Assembly: GCF_030684315.1 (NCBI RefSeq)
Contig: NC_081388.1
Location: 12,942,093 to 13,006,092, forward strand
Source of the DNA: Stegostoma tigrinum
Taxonomy: Eukaryota
Reading direction: 5' to 3'
Length of the DNA: 64,000 bases
Translations under genes and position numbers: made by a program
In this document: one piece after another, positions 25,680-40,090 of the stretch
How the letters are laid out: each line of letters starts with the position of its first letter
Position numbering within the stretch: position 1 is the stretch's first letter
Notes under the pieces: model-generated
What the model was told of the DNA's origin: nothing
Databases searched by the model: none
The model's input: only the letters and a program-made list of their open reading frames with translations

Positions 25680-26770
25680 TGCTGCTTTCAAGGCATCATG
25701 GCTTAGTACAGCAACTGCTCTGTCCAGGACTCTAAGAAACTGCAGAAAGTTTTGAACACAGCCCAGACCATCACGCAAGCCAACCTCCCATCCACTGACT
25801 CCAACAATACTTCTCATTTCTGTCAAAAGGCAGCCAGCATTATCAATGACCCCTCCCACCACAGTTATAATCTCTTCAAACCTCTTCAGTCAGGCAGAAG
25901 ATACAAAAGCTTAAAACTCATGTACCAACAGGGTCAAGAACAGAGATAATGGGAACTGCAGATGCTGGAGAATCCGAGATAACAAACTGTGGAGCTGGAT
26001 GAACACAGCAGGCCAAGCAGCATCTTAGGAGCACAAAAGCTGATGTTTTGGGCCTAGACCCTTCATCAAAAAAGACAGATGGGGAGAGGATTCTGAAATA
26101 AATAGGGAGAGAGGGGGAGGTGGACCAAAGATGGATGGAGGAGAAGATAGGTGGAGAGGAGAGTATAGGTGGGGAGGTAGGGAGGGGATGGAGAGGTCAG
26201 GAGGCAGGATGAGGTTAGTGGGTAGGAATTGGAGGTGCGAGCTGAGAGGAAGACCAGGTTAGGGAGGTGGGGACCTGACCTGGTTTTGGGATACAGTCGT
26301 TGGGGGGGGGGGAGTGGGGGAGATTTTGAAGCTGGTGAAACTCACATTGATACCATTGGGCTGCAGGATTCCCAAGTGGAATGAGTTGCTGTTCCTGCAA
26401 CCTTCAGGTGGCATCGTTATGGCACTGCAGGAGGTCCAGGATGGACATGTCATCTAAGGAATGGGAGGGGGAGTTAAAATGGTTCGTGACTGGGAGGTGC
26501 CTTTGCTTATTGCGAACCAAGCATAGGTGTTCCGCAAAGCGGTCCCCAAACCTCCGCTTAGTTTCCCCAATGTAGAGGAGCTTGTTCACTGCTGTTAATA
26601 TGGACTGCTCAAATTTCAAATCGAATGTTGATCTTGCAGCCGAAACCTTGTCTACTGCACAGTGTTTGATCACCCTACAATCTGTATGTCCTTGTGTGAT
26701 ATGATCTGCCTGTGCTGCATGGAAAACAAAACTTTTCACTGTACTTAGGTACATGTGACAACAACAAATC
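25680..26770 (+). mobile_element. Rex1-like LINE fragment interrupted by a Penelope fragment
   Basis: AASIINDPSHHSYNLFKPLQSGRRYKSL; CAAGAACAG| resumes as |CTTGTTCACTGCTG after the PLE. Confidence 0.65.
25943..26579 (-). mobile_element. Penelope-like element 3' fragment (GIY-YIG plus pLTR)
   Basis: LLYIGETKRRFGDRFAEHL...HLPVTNHFNSPSHSLDDMSIL; pLTR with a degenerate hammerhead at ~26040-26070. Confidence 0.85.
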
Positions 26771-27894
26771 AAAAGGTTCAGACGAGGGTTTCAGATCACT
26801 GTCAATGCTCTGGCTGTAGTAACAGTGGCCTTTCAAAAGAAACATTTCCTTTAAAGAATTTGAAAGACTAAATCCTTTCTGCTTGTTCCTCCCCATCATT
26901 AAATGGTAAAACTATACCTCTTAAATGTATCAAATTATTGTTACACATTTTGTCCATTTTATGCCTCTCCAGGGTAACTCTACGCAATTCAGAAATGCAG
27001 AGGAATACTTGACCAAACTAATTGTATTGTTTTGTTCTTCTACCGTTGTACTCAATACTGACCCTGTTAACAATTGGGACACTGTACCTACTGCGTCCCC
27101 TTGGAACTGCAGCAATGTAGCAAGGTTTGCTTTGGAGGTACAGTAAAGCCCGATCATCTCAACTGCTAAGGAGGGCAAAGAATAAAAATATCAGGGAGGA
27201 CCGTCACTTGCAGCTCATACATTGAGTGTTTCTCTATCATTCCTGGTTCAATACCCAGGAACATCCCATTCAACATGAGAATGATGGCTAAACTGCTGTG
27301 CGAGAAGAAGCATCACACCTTCCTCAGGTTCTATAGAAGGGAAAATAAACACTGCTTCACCATTACAACTCATCTCACAAATTGACAAAAAATTCATAGG
27401 AAGGGATCTGAAGCTGCAGTGAACATGTTAGTTGAAATGGCTGATCTGTAACTTCAACAATCTGATGAATTGGTCGTTAATTAAGAGATCATACATTTGA
27501 AATGTCTGACAAAAGATCTGTAGAGGAGATGCAGGAAACGTTTTCACTTACAATTCACCTGACCAACAATTGTCATGTTATAAGCAAATCTACGTCACTG
27601 TTAATTTAGTCTAATGTTGATGCAAGCAACTTCTCTTCATTTTAAATTTACTTGTGAGCATCACTGTCTAGGCCTGCATTTAATAACTATCCCTATTTCT
27701 GAAAGACCACCACATTAGCCTAGGGTTCTGGATTTCTAATACCACTACTTACCCTATTTATAATTGTACAACATATTAGCCCACTTTGAGAAAAGTGCTC
27801 TTTTGTAGTATTGAGTGTAAAAGTGTTATTACCTCTGTTTCTGGGATGAATATTTTACCTAATTTTTTTAAAAAAATCATAAATTTATATACAG

Positions 27895-28735
27895 TGAACA
27901 ATGGATTACAATGTTGGTAAGTGTGAGGTCATCCATTTTGGTAGGAATAACAGCAAATGGGCTATGTTTTAAATGGTAAAAAATTGCAGCACGTTGCTGT
28001 GCAGAGGGACTTGGCTGTACTTGTGCATGAATCGCTGATGGTGGGATTGTAGGTGCAGCAGTTAATTAAAAAGGCAAATGAAATTTTGTCTGTCAATGCT
28101 CAAGGGGTGGAGTTTAAAAACAGGGAGGCTATGCTGCAGCAGTATAGGGTCCTGGTGAGGCCACACCTGGAGTACTGTGCGCAGTTTTGGTCTCCTTACT
28201 TGAGAAGAGATATACTAGCACTGGAGGGGGTGCAGAGGGGATTCACTCGGTTGATTCCAAAGTTGAGAGGGTTGGTTATGAAGGAAAGACTGAGTAGACT
28301 GGGATTATACTCATTGGAATTCAGAAGAATGAGGGGAGATCTTATAGAAACATATAAGATTATGAAGGGAATAGATAAAATGGAGGCAGGGAGGTTGTTT
28401 CTGCTAGCAGGTGAAACTAGGACAAGAGGACATCACCTCAAAATAAAGGGAAGCAGATGTAGGACTGAGGTCAAGAGGAACTTCTTCACCTAAAGGGTTG
28501 TGAATCTGTGGAATTCCCTGCCCAGTAAAGTGGTTGAAGCTATCTCACTGAATGTTCTTAAGGTAAGTCTAGACAAATTTTTGAACAGTAAAGGAATTAA
28601 GGGTTATGGTGAGTGGGTAGGTAAATGGAGCTGAGACTCAAAAAGATCAGCCATGATCTTATTAAATGGGGGGGGGGGGGGGGGGGGGGCAGTCTCGAGG
28701 GGCCTGATGGCCTACTCCTGCTTCTTATGTTCTGA
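27895..28735 (+). mobile_element. CR1-clade LINE 3' end, relatively intact
   Basis: 146-aa ORF LVRPHLEYCAQFWSPYLRRDILALEGVQRGFTRLIP...RMRGDLIETYKIM and a CR1 3' tail. Confidence 0.9.
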
Positions 28736-29559
28736 TAGTAAATATTTTGTTGCTTCTTCACTATCTCCAGATGTTTCCATTAGTAATAATTTCTAAATGC
28801 CGTTGGAAGAGAATGAGGAGGAGATAGGACTTTTGGGTGGTCTGCAGAGTGCAATGCCCTTGGACAAAAATGTTCAAGAATCACTTGAACCACCTTGTGT
28901 CTCAAATTTCTGTGCTGTTTGAAGTCAATGAGAATAATATTCTTTGGAAAGACTTTAACATACACCTGGTACATGCAGAAAGGTAAACCGAGCAACAGTG
29001 AACTGCAATGTCACGGTCTGCAATGCTACTTTTGTGAAATGTGGTGATGCAGTGCAACTTGAAGCTGGAATGCAGAATCAGGCAGTGCAACCAAACTCCA
29101 GCCTCATCTATCACCACTCTCATCTGCAATGTTGCGGCAACACAGTGATTGTTCCATTGGATGGACGCAACCCGATGTGTTCTGTTGCAATGGTCCGTTG
29201 GAACAAACTCTTAATGCATTTTCGCACCCAACGAACTATGTGCAGCAAAAACTCTTAAAAATCAACTGAAACGGGAAGGGGGGTGGTGTGAGGAAGCTAT
29301 CTGATCAAAAATAGTAATTTCTGCACAACCTGTTTGAAACAGGAACATGATAGCCCCACGTTTAATGCTTTCATCAATAAAAAGGTGACATTAAACAGTC
29401 TCAGTGAATTGAACTGTAGCCTCATCTCAACAGTGAGTTTTCCAGGTATGAGTGACAAAGTATTGTTAGTGTTATCCATTCATTCTGTAGCTCAACTGCC
29501 CCCTCTTTCAGGCCAAGAATGTCTGGATTTAATTAAAGGCAGGGAAGCATGGGAAAAAC

Positions 29560-29600
29560 AAAGAAAAAATGCACACACATCAAAGCAGAGATTCTTTATT
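29560..29600 (-). terminator. Probable DOCK6 polyadenylation site
   Basis: AATAAA on minus at 29600-29595, followed by a GU/U-rich downstream element (TTTGATGTGTGTGCATTTTTTCTTTGTTTTT). Confidence 0.65.
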
Positions 29601-32600
29601 GATTTACACAGATTATTACAAGTTCAAAAGAAAAATCCATCTCAAAGACAAGCGCAACAGTTTCCTAAACTCAACCCTCCCCTTGCAAAATAAAAGAGCA
29701 AAGGTACTGTAGAAAAAAAACACTGAGCTAACACAGCAACCTGAGAAAAGCAGGTTGAAGACGGGCAGGCAACACTACGGGACTTGAAAACTCCCAGCAA
29801 CCAGTGCTTTGGAAGATGTTCTGTGACTCTGTTCCACTTAACAAGAGAGGGTTCAAGAATCTCAGTCACTGACAAAATTTTATCCACATAATTGGATAAC
29901 CAGAACCTACAATCTACAAACAACTTACACTCAATTTATATTATATAAAATATATATATACGTTACACACACACACAAAAACAACTCTAATAGTGAGGCC
30001 TGAGTCCAATGAAATAGTTTTGTTGTCTTCTTAATGGAGGGAGGTGATTTCTTCTTCCCAATTACTAGATAAGAATATAGCTAAGAAAGGCTTGTTTAAA
30101 TTCAGAACACACTGCACTGAATGCATATGAATGTGTTCTAGCTATAAGAAAATATAAACACAGAAATTGCTGGAAATACATGAACAGGTTAGCTAGTTCC
30201 AAAACAGGAAATAACTCTATCTTGCACTCAGTGCCCAGAGTTGTCTGGTAGTGCTTGTGGACAGTCTAATTTGAAAATCATCCTTAGTGCACATTACTCC
30301 CATTAATTGACTGACTGTATTACACCAGAAACATCTTATTTTGGATTTTTAACATGTAGATATAAAAATTGCACATCAGGCAACTATAGGTTTAGTGACA
30401 ACTTTCCCATAGTTATTTACAGGTCCCTGTAACGCAGATATATTATCGATTGTAATATATAGCATTCTAATATAAACAATCAAAAATACATATAACTAAT
30501 ATTTGCCTTAGTGTCTCTGCGCTGACTGCATTGCAGGAATGTCACGTTATGAGAAATCATAGCAATGCAGTCAGACTTGTGGTATAATTCCTGCCACAAT
30601 AAGAGAACGGCAAAATTCCAAATGATTCCCAAGGATCCCTTATAACCTCTTCCAGCCTCTGACCATGGAATGGAAACAGTGCATTCTCACTCAAGAATGC
30701 CTCCATCCTGAAAAGGTGCACATTCCACATTCTCCTTCCTGCTGCTATAGTGGTATCTGGCAATGAAATTCTTTTTCCCTGCCCAGCTCATTACTGCCCT
30801 TTTATGCTGTTCCCAAATTTGGTCCCAATCCATCTTGTTCTTAATGGCTCCTTTGTTAAACCTAGTTTACAGGCTGAATCAGTCAGGTTGATGGTAGGTC
30901 AACCCCACAGGCCCCTGAGCAGGAGGTCAGCAGGCGGTTTCCAGCCCTGGTCCCCGCATATTTTGTGTAAGTGCGTGGGACTGGCAGGACAGGACAAAAG
31001 CTGAATCCACAACGATGACTCAGAGGTGCATCAAACACCACTGTAGCAGCTTACAAAAAGATAGCGACAATCCTGGTGATTGCCTGAGCGCTGCCGGCAT
31101 CTATTCCCCTCCCTTCTACTAATCGCTCAGTCAATTTCCTTTCAGTTTGGCTGCTTATATGCAAACAGCTTGCACCTTGGTGCAAGGACTCTAATATAAA
31201 CGGAATCGGGAGCACAAACCTATAAAGTTTGTAAACATGAGCATCTAGTAGACATATCTAGACTAGGAATATAGTTCCCTCCTCTCTTTTCAAGTGCAGG
31301 GAAAAGTGGGACAAATTAGTCCCAGCTAAGTAAATGTCTAATAAAAGCCCGGTTACTGGAGTTTATAGACAAAGTGCGTCAGACCTCAACACTTTTTAAT
31401 AAACACGCTCTGTGTAAAAATCCCATTAAATCTTATTTTAAATAATTCTGAATAAATAAGAATAAATCATAAAAAATACAGCAACAGATCTGAGTAAAGA
31501 TTACAATCAGCTTGTTCCAGATGAGACAGCAGATCAGGTTTTAATCATGACAGCCAGAACGGACTCTCTCCAAGGATAAAGGCACTCTGATTGTATGGGA
31601 ATATGGTGGCTTTATCCAGAATTCTCTCCTTGGTCTTCAAACATTGAAAGGAGATGTAAAGGAAGTTACCCCTACCATGAACCAAATGTTGGTTTGGGTT
31701 GATGGGAGGAGCCAGTGTAAAAAAAATATCACACATTAGATACCAGGGGATTCGTGTGCCTTGGACCTTCCAATATTTACAATGAAGTCAAGATAATCAG
31801 AGTATAGAGTGGAAAATTAATTTGTTCTCTTATAAATTAAAGGCAAGCATTAACAGAAATACAAATACACATAATATAACATCAATAACAATGAGAGAGA
31901 GAGGGAGAGAGAATGCTCAACTCAGAAGGCTTCATTCTGAAAAAAAAATGGTAATGAATGTGAGGGACTGAAGTGATGTGGTGCACATCTACACATCTGA
32001 ATTGAACTACAGATGTTTCTGTACAGATATAAAGATATGATGCAATGTTACTGCAAGCATAGCATTAAACTCAGTGGCATTCTTAAAATATAGAACGTTT
32101 TGGGTCCTTATAGTGTTAGTTCAGTCCCTGAATACGGACATGAGGATTAAACATTGATTGCCGTAAGACCGCTTTTTTTGACAGATGCATTTTCATAACA
32201 CTATAAACAGCATTAACTTTACATGATCTGTAAAATTTGACTAACCACTAACAGTGCACAAAGGTCTCCTCTGTTCTGGAGTGACTTTTTCTTTTAAACA
32301 AGGAAGTAAGGATTTCCTAAAGCAGAGGCCAACATCATCCACTACAGGTCTATACATTCTCTCCCACTTTAGGATGGTACTCTACCCCTATCATCATTTG
32401 GACTTGCACACAGATGAGGGTGCTGTTTAGTAACCCGGTCTAAAAGCTGTGCCCAAACAAAAACCTTTCATCTCAGGCACATCTCCAAAATTCCTTGTTA
32501 GCCCAGTTCATTTGTCAGCTGGGGTTTTAAGAGGTCTGAGTGGATGTGCTGGGATGTCATTAGCCTCTTCAGGTGCTACAACAGGTAGTTCCTCCACCTT

Positions 32601-33555
32601 GTTGACTAACAAGGTTAACAATGTATGATGAGTGCATGAAACACCACAGAACTCGGCTTCAGGAAACAAAATGGAGTTGCACAATCAGGGGAGGTTATTT
32701 CAAAGTCTTATTCCAGGTCCACAGCGTACATCTACTGGGAAGGAATCAGTGCCTGAAACCACCAGCTGACTATTTAGTGGTTCCAAGAAGGTAAATATTA
32801 TAAAATATACGCATAATGGAAATAGTAATGACATTACGAAACAGCTACTAGTTGACCAATGGTGGTGATTGGTAGGCATCACAGCAGTATAAGTCTGCTT
32901 TCCAAGCCAGTGGTATACTTAATCAAGATTGACTCAATACATGTTCTGTTATACAATGCCAACACACTGCCTTTTTGTATCTCCAGACACTTTTGTGTCA
33001 AAAAAATAAATTCTCACAAAAGAAAGATCAGTGCCTGCTCCACAACGTGGCGCATATCCAACTTTTCCCAGTTGTTACTGATACAGAATGGCCCATGTAA
33101 TACTGCACAGGACACACATGTACAGGACATGGAACGAACAACATATCAAGCAAAGTCAACCCTTTGTCTCATCACTGCAGCATCTCCAGTCGATGCAGAC
33201 AAGTCTTTTTCTTCAAATGTCTGCATTTTCACAAGTTAGCTCACTCTTGGCAATGAACGGAATGATGCCAAGAGTAACATAAAATCGGCTCATACAGATC
33301 TAGTTGCCAGGCTGTCTCAGAGCTACAATTCTTATTTGAAAAATGGTTTCCTGTGACTGGACTGTGAAAGCAAAGCTTTAGTCACACTTCGCTTGGATTT
33401 CGTAGTCACCTGTCTTCTGTTGTATGAGACCTGAAGAGAAGGCTTTAAAGAGAATAGATGCCGAGTACTGGGTGTCGTCTCTTCTACATGATCCTCCTTC
33501 ATACCAAGTCCTTCATGCATGAGAAAAGAAAAGAATAAAAACATCCACAGGGTCT
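29575..33555 (-). other. DOCK6: Probable long 3' UTR of DOCK6 (~4 kb)
   Basis: Unique AT-rich sequence with no recognisable young TE between the stop codon and the poly(A) signal. Confidence 0.55.
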
Positions 33556-33598
33556 TCAAATTTCCACTTTACGCAGACTCGATCTGCTGAAAGAATTC
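33556..33598 (-). CDS. DOCK6: DOCK6 last coding exon: (R)NSFSRSSLRKVEI*
   Basis: cttttcttccag| acceptor; phase 2 matches the previous exon; TGA at 33558-33556; resembles DOCK6/7 C-termini. Confidence 0.85.
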
Positions 33599-34053
33599 CT
33601 GGAAGAAAAGTACTAAGTTTAGAGGAGTGTGTTACAGACAACCACTGTAGTGTAGGGAAACTAATGGCTGGGTGATGAGAGGGTCAGACAGGAAGGAAGG
33701 GGAAAGACAAAAAAAAATAAAAATTAATCCCTGGGGCTGAGAACCAAGTGGAAGCAGAACATGGGAAAGGTAGAACGGTTGAATGAGCGACAGGGGCAGG
33801 CAGTACAAATGGATGTAAAGTGTTGGGAAAGACAGAGAGACATAAAGTTCAACAGAAGAGACTAAACAAAAGGAGATGGAAGAATGATTTTTTTTTCAAA
33901 AAAGAAAAGTTAAATATATAGAGTTGACAGGGAGAGCCAGAAGAGAAAGTAAAGCATAGCAGATTGAATAAACGCGAGTCTCAAATGTGGAACATAATTT
34001 CAGCAAAGTGAGTGCAACATTCTCACTCTCAGACCTGCTGGAAAATCCCTTAC

Positions 34054-34221
34054 CGATGGCTTGTGCTGGGTATGAGAGACTTGTATAACTGGGGAATTTT
34101 CCTGTTAATCATTGGCTGCAGAGACTCTTTCAGTCGGTGATAGTTCCGTTCCAACTCACGGTGGTACTCCTTCTGGTCTGCCCCAATCAGAGTCTTGTTC
34201 TTGCGTAAGGCGTCTTCACAG
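34054..34221 (-). CDS. DOCK6: DOCK6 exon: (R)[55 protein letters not shown]
   Basis: cag|...|gtaagg, 168 nt, phase 2/2. Confidence 0.92.
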
Positions 34222-34684
34222 CTGCAGATAAAAGACTTGCTTCATAGGTGTATCACATAAAATTTATCATTGCACAGAGCAGCTTTGCAAGTGTCATTTG
34301 TACATTACAAAACCTGCAATGTTACCAGGAGATAGTGTGAATTTTGTGCACTCTTGATCTGGTCCACATTTCGGTGAAGAGTGAAGGTCAGACACTGCCT
34401 TATAGTGAGGGAGGCCAGCCATTTCTTAATTAGCAGTCACTATTCCCCTTTAATCTACATTCACCTGACTGATGCTGGCCTGCAACTAGCATTGAATGAA
34501 GAACTGGTTCACCACCCCCGTCTCAACGAAAGGATGATGTATGTTGGTAGTGTGTTTAGAATGAAGTTTTAAAAGGGGTCAGTCAGAATGCGACTACTGT
34601 TTGTGAAATGGAGGGAAGCTGGGAGCTGTAATGCAGAGTGACTCTGTTGGCGGGTACAATAAAGACACAAAGATACTGACATAC

Positions 34685-34791
34685 CGCTTCATGAAGTCTT
34701 TGAAGCAGAGACGTAGCTTGTTGTGATGTCGGAAGAGCTTGGGATCATCTGGAATGTCTGCTAGGAAAACTTGGGCCACTTCCAAAGGCCC
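34685..34791 (-). CDS. DOCK6: DOCK6 exon: [35 protein letters not shown]
   Basis: tag|...|gtatgt, 107 nt; DHR-2 lobe C. Confidence 0.93.
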
Positions 34792-35529
34792 CTAAGAAAA
34801 TTCCAGAAAGAAACCAGGATTATTTCAATGGGCCATTGTTAGAAACTTAACAAACCTAGAAACTGCCATCATTTTTAACCATATGCTACTTGACATTATA
34901 TTACAGTCTAGAGGTGAAAGTTAAAAGACTTGGAAAAGAAGAACAATTGAAGTAAGAGTACATAGGATGTAGTTTATGCAAACTACAACTTGGTCCCTTC
35001 AGATCTTCCTTTGTAAATACACTGACTCTGGAATATGGAAGCTCAGATAGCAGCTGTACACCATGCTGCTAATCCATGTGGCTATTCTTCATTTAACAAA
35101 CCAGGTAATGACTGTTTGGAGAATGTTGATTGTGAACATGGGAACAGCAGGAGACAACTTAGCCCGCTGAACTAGAAACCCATTCAGAATGTGCATAGCT
35201 GAGTGGTGACCGAACTCAGTATACCTATCCTTGGCCCATGTTTGTGTTTGCACTGTGTGTTGGCATAGTAGTAAAATGACTGGACTAGTAATCCCGAAGC
35301 TCAGGTTAATACTCTGGGAACATGGATTTGAATCACCCATGGTAGATGGTGAAATTTTAATTCAATAAACATCTGGAATTAAAAGACAGCCTAAAAATCA
35401 TGCAACCAATATCAATTGTTGTAAAATGGTTCTCAATCTCGTTCTCAAATGTCCTTTAGGGAAGGAAACATCTTTATCCAGTCTCACCTACATGTGACTC
35501 CAAACCCACAGCAATGTGGTTGACTCTTA

Positions 35530-35826
<297 letters not shown>

Positions 35827-36409
35827 TTACTGACTTCCCCAAGTGATCCACTGTGCTCCTGAACATTCTTTATCACACGATAACGTCAACTCGAGGGGCT
35901 GAATGGTGTTCTCTTGTTCCTATTTCTTATGACAGATATGGTTAAGGAAAGTCATTTCACCAAAGTACCCTGACTTTCCTTATTACTCCATTCTTCCTCA
36001 TTTTGAGCTCATTTCTTCCACCACAGTGAATTATTTGCCTGGACCAGCAATTTTAATTCCTTACAGAACCTTGAGGTGATGGATGTAGTAACAGCGATAA
36101 CATTCATGAGAAATGGTGACAGTCAGGACCTCCAGCAATCACAGCACTGAGGGTCATGTTGCCAACCTGTGACAAGGATGATCAAAGTTGCAGGGTCAGC
36201 CAGTCACACAGTGGTGAAGGGCCAGCTACGGAGCTGCACTATCTTGCGGTCGGTCAGTTAATTAGGACCCAAACTCTCTTAAGCAATTGCTGATGAAAGG
36301 TAAAACACAGTCGAGAAACTGTCTACTAATACATTCAAGTGGAATATCAGTCAACAGAAATGTTCTAGCTACACAGCTTTATCATCTAGATTGCACATTC
36401 AGTGATGTT

Positions 36410-37345
36410 GTCCGCTTGGCTGTCAGCCACAGGTAGCACTCTGGCCTCAGAATCAAACGTTTCTGAGTTCAAATCCCATTCCAGGGCTTGAACACAAAAA
36501 TTAGGGTTGATACTCCAGTGCAGCATTGCCAGAAGTGTTTTGTTCCAAATGAGATGGAGGGAAGAAGGAAGGATCTGCCCATTCAGGTGGATGTATAAAC
36601 TGAACTGTCACTATTTCAAAGAAGACCTAGAGAGTTTTCCCAGTGCTCTGGCCAATATCTATCCGTCACTCAATTTCACCGGACGAGATTATCTGGTCAC
36701 TACTACATTGTTGATTGTGGGAATCTGCTGTGCTGCCATGTTCCCTACAACAATAATTGTTTTAATATACATTAAATATTATGTACACACACATGTAAAT
36801 ATATACATATATTATGAGACACATTATATAGCTCATGGAACATAGGCGTGCAAGTGCCTATGGGTGCAGCTCCAATAACACCTAAAATGCTTGACACAAT
36901 TCAGGACAGAGCAGCCCCCTTGATTAGCATCCACCAAAACATTAAGTCACTCCATCACTGACACTCAGTATCAGCAATGTGTACTATCTTCCATTTAGAA
37001 AGACAACGGAAGCAGATAAGCACCCCTTCCAAACCACTCATCATCCTGACTTGAAAATATATATCCTTCCTTCACTGCCGCTGGGTCAAAATCCTGGAAT
37101 TCCCTCCCTCATGTCATTTTGGCGTACCTATAGCACATGGACTGCAGCAGTTCAAGAAAGCCGCTCACCACCACCTTCTCAAAGGCAACTTAGGATAGGC
37201 AATAAACGTTGGCCTAGACAGCAACAACCACATCACACAAGTGAATAAACAAAATGTGACCACACTTCAAAAATACTTTATTAGCTGTAAAGTGCTCTGA
37301 GACATCCAGCAATCGTGAAAGCTGCTATAGTGCAAATTCTTTCAA
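36410..37345 (+). mobile_element. Old DeuSINE/SacSINE1-like element split by a LINE fragment (~36850-37250)
   Basis: tRNA-like head, central CTGGCCAATAT(C/T)TATCC and a tail resuming at ~37255; same family at 42085-42500 and ~60270-60660 (minus). Confidence 0.5.
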
Positions 37346-37852
37346 ACCCTAATTTGTCATTTACAGGCCTGATGTTTTAAGTGACTATTTCTCTCTCTCA
37401 CACACAGACACAGACACACAATATATTATAGATATGAAAAGAAATCACAGAATGCAGGACATTGTTGTTAAACTTTCAACTCCAGGACACAGAGCTGAAA
37501 TCCAACTTGAAGACATTGGATGGAGATATGATCTTAGTCAGACGAAGAACAGATGGCAGAGTAATTGCATTACACCTCAGTATCAGGCTGCAAAACTGTT
37601 CTGAATCCAACACATTCACTCAAACACGGACACAGCACAGCAAACACACACAACACAGTGACAATGAACATTTTGTGCAGATAACATACAGGGAGGATTT
37701 AAAACTATAACTGGTTAAAAGATAGGGTAAACACTCTCAGAAAGCGCTCATCTAGATGAGATCAAACCACCTCCACTCTACACACAACCCCACACTATCC
37801 CTGTTGATCAAAGGGCATTTGATTCAATGGGATCCTGTCATAGGGTCCCTAC

Positions 37853-38089
37853 CTCTTCCTTATGGATGACATTGATCCTGGTTTTGATGTAGGGGAAGGC
37901 ATGCGAGGTTGAGAGGATGGTCTTCCGTTTATACTGCTCATGCAGGTCCCCATGAGCACGACCATCTAATGTAAAGGGTGTGCAGTACATGAAGCAGCGC
38001 AGGTTATAATTCTTGTCAAAGTAAGTGATTCGGTCCTTCATCTCATAGGTGTCGAAGAAAGGCTCAACGTACGTGATCTGTATGTATGC
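37853..38089 (-). CDS. DOCK6: DOCK6 exon: [20 protein letters not shown]...[13 protein letters not shown]...[15 protein letters not shown]
   Basis: cag|...|gtaggg, 237 nt; DHR-2 lobe B. Confidence 0.95.
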
Positions 38090-38619
38090 CTGAAAAACAC
38101 AAATGCTCTTCAGAATGCTTTCAGTAGATTGGAAGTCAGACAGAAAGGATCCAAAAATGACACAGAAAATACAAATATAAACATGCTGACGTCAATCTTC
38201 CAGAAAGTTGTATCCTAGTAAAATGTGCCCATTCTTTTCCCATGATCTCAGTATCCAGTTTCTGTGCAATCACTAACTTTGATCCACACAAAAGTATTTG
38301 TAAATCTTTTTCTTGCTTTCTGTTCTAAATCTCTTTCGTTCAATGCTGTGCCCATTTCTCCTTTTTGTAAGCCCCTTCATGATTAGACATGATAAATTGC
38401 CCATCTACCTTGACCTCTCCCTTCATTAATTTTGAACACCTCTATCAAACGCTCTTGAAACAATTTCTGTTATAAAGAAAATTGGCTCAATATTTTAATG
38501 CTTACTTTATAAACATCATTTTATGTTTGCATGCTTGTATTTTTTCATACTAGCTGGTATCTTTTTAAGTTACAAAACAGGATGACTTGTTTGGCAAATA
38601 GTGTAAGCAGCAAGTGATA

Positions 38620-40090
38620 CAGAGGAATAAGCATGCCACAACCAATGGATCAGATATAGGCTCTGTAGCCCTGCCATTTCCAGTCATAAATGATGGTGAA
38701 CATTTAAACATCTCACTGGGGAAAGAAGCTCCACAAATATCCTCATCCTCAATGATGGGAGAGCCCAGCACATGATAAAGGAGAAGTGTATGCAAAAATC
38801 TTCAGCCAGAAGCCTTCAGTCTCCTTCAGAGGTCCCCAGCAACACAGATGTCAGTCTTCAGCCAATTCGATTTGCACTAAAAGATAGCAAGAAACAGTAG
38901 GACGCACTGGATCCTGACAACATTTTTTCAACAGCACTTGAAAGCAGATGCTCCAGAATGTGCTGCACCCCTAATCAAGCTGTTCCAGTACAGCTGCTAA
39001 ATCAACAAACAGATGACAATGTAGAAAATTGTCTAGTTATGTCCTGTACATAAAAAAGCACGATGGACTGAACTCAGTCAATTGCCAGCCCATCAGTCTA
39101 ATTACAATCATCAATAAAGTAATGAAACTTGTCAGCAGCTGTGCTATTAAGCAGCACTTGCGCAGCATTAACCTGCTTACCGACACAGTGTTTGGATTCT
39201 GCCAAGGCTGCTCAGCTCCTAGTCTTATTATATCTTTGGTTCAGTCATAGACAAGAGAGCTGATTCCACAGGTGTGACTTTCAATGACATCAAGTGCATT
39301 TGACAGAGTGTGGTATCAAAGAACTGTAGCAAAATTAGAGTCAGTGGGATTTTAGACAAAAACACCCTGCTGGTTGGAGTCGTACTTGGCACAAAGGAAG
39401 ATGATGTGGTTGTTGGAGGTCAGTCATCTCAGCTCCAGGTCAGTCCTTCAGGAGTTCCTCAGGGTAGTGTCCTAGGCCCAACCATCTTCAATTGCTTCAT
39501 CAATGGCCTTCCCTCCAGCATAAGGTCAGAACTGGGTAGGGTTGCTGATGATGGCACAACATTTAGCATCATGCAGGACTTCTCAGATACTGAAGCACTC
39601 CACGTAGCAAGAAATATTTGTGCTTCGAAAGTGTCAGGCAATGACCATTCCAACAAAAGAGAATCCAGTCATCTTCCTCAGAAGCTAGGAACCCTACAGT
39701 GCTTAATTCACCCCTGGATTCCCCAAAGCCTATCTACCATCTACAAAGCACAAGACAGGAGTGTGATGAAATACTCCCACTTGCCTTGCTGAGTGCAGCT
39801 CCAACAACACTCAAAAAGCTTGACACTATTCAGCACAAAGCAGCCACTTGAATGGCACCTTTTGCACAAACACGTATTCCCTCCAAACTAATATTCAGTA
39901 GCAGCAGCGTGCACCTCTATAAGATGCACCGAAGAAATTCACCAACTCGCCTCAGACAATATCTTTCATCACCCTTTAGGAAGGACAGAGGCATCTGATA
40001 AATGGGAGCAAAACTGGTTGCAAATGCACTTCCAAGACACTAAGCATCCTGACTTTGAAACATACCGCTGTGCCTTCATTGTCGCTTGAG
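38620..40090 (+). mobile_element. LINE RT fragment (L2/CR1-group)
   Basis: NCQPISL..IINKVM; SGVPQGSVLGPTIFNCFIN; ADD motif. Confidence 0.75.

Noticed and set aside
28668-28689. 22-nt poly-G run (potential G-quadruplex)
   Set aside because: Lies in a CR1 tail; likely slippage expansion or a sequencing artefact.
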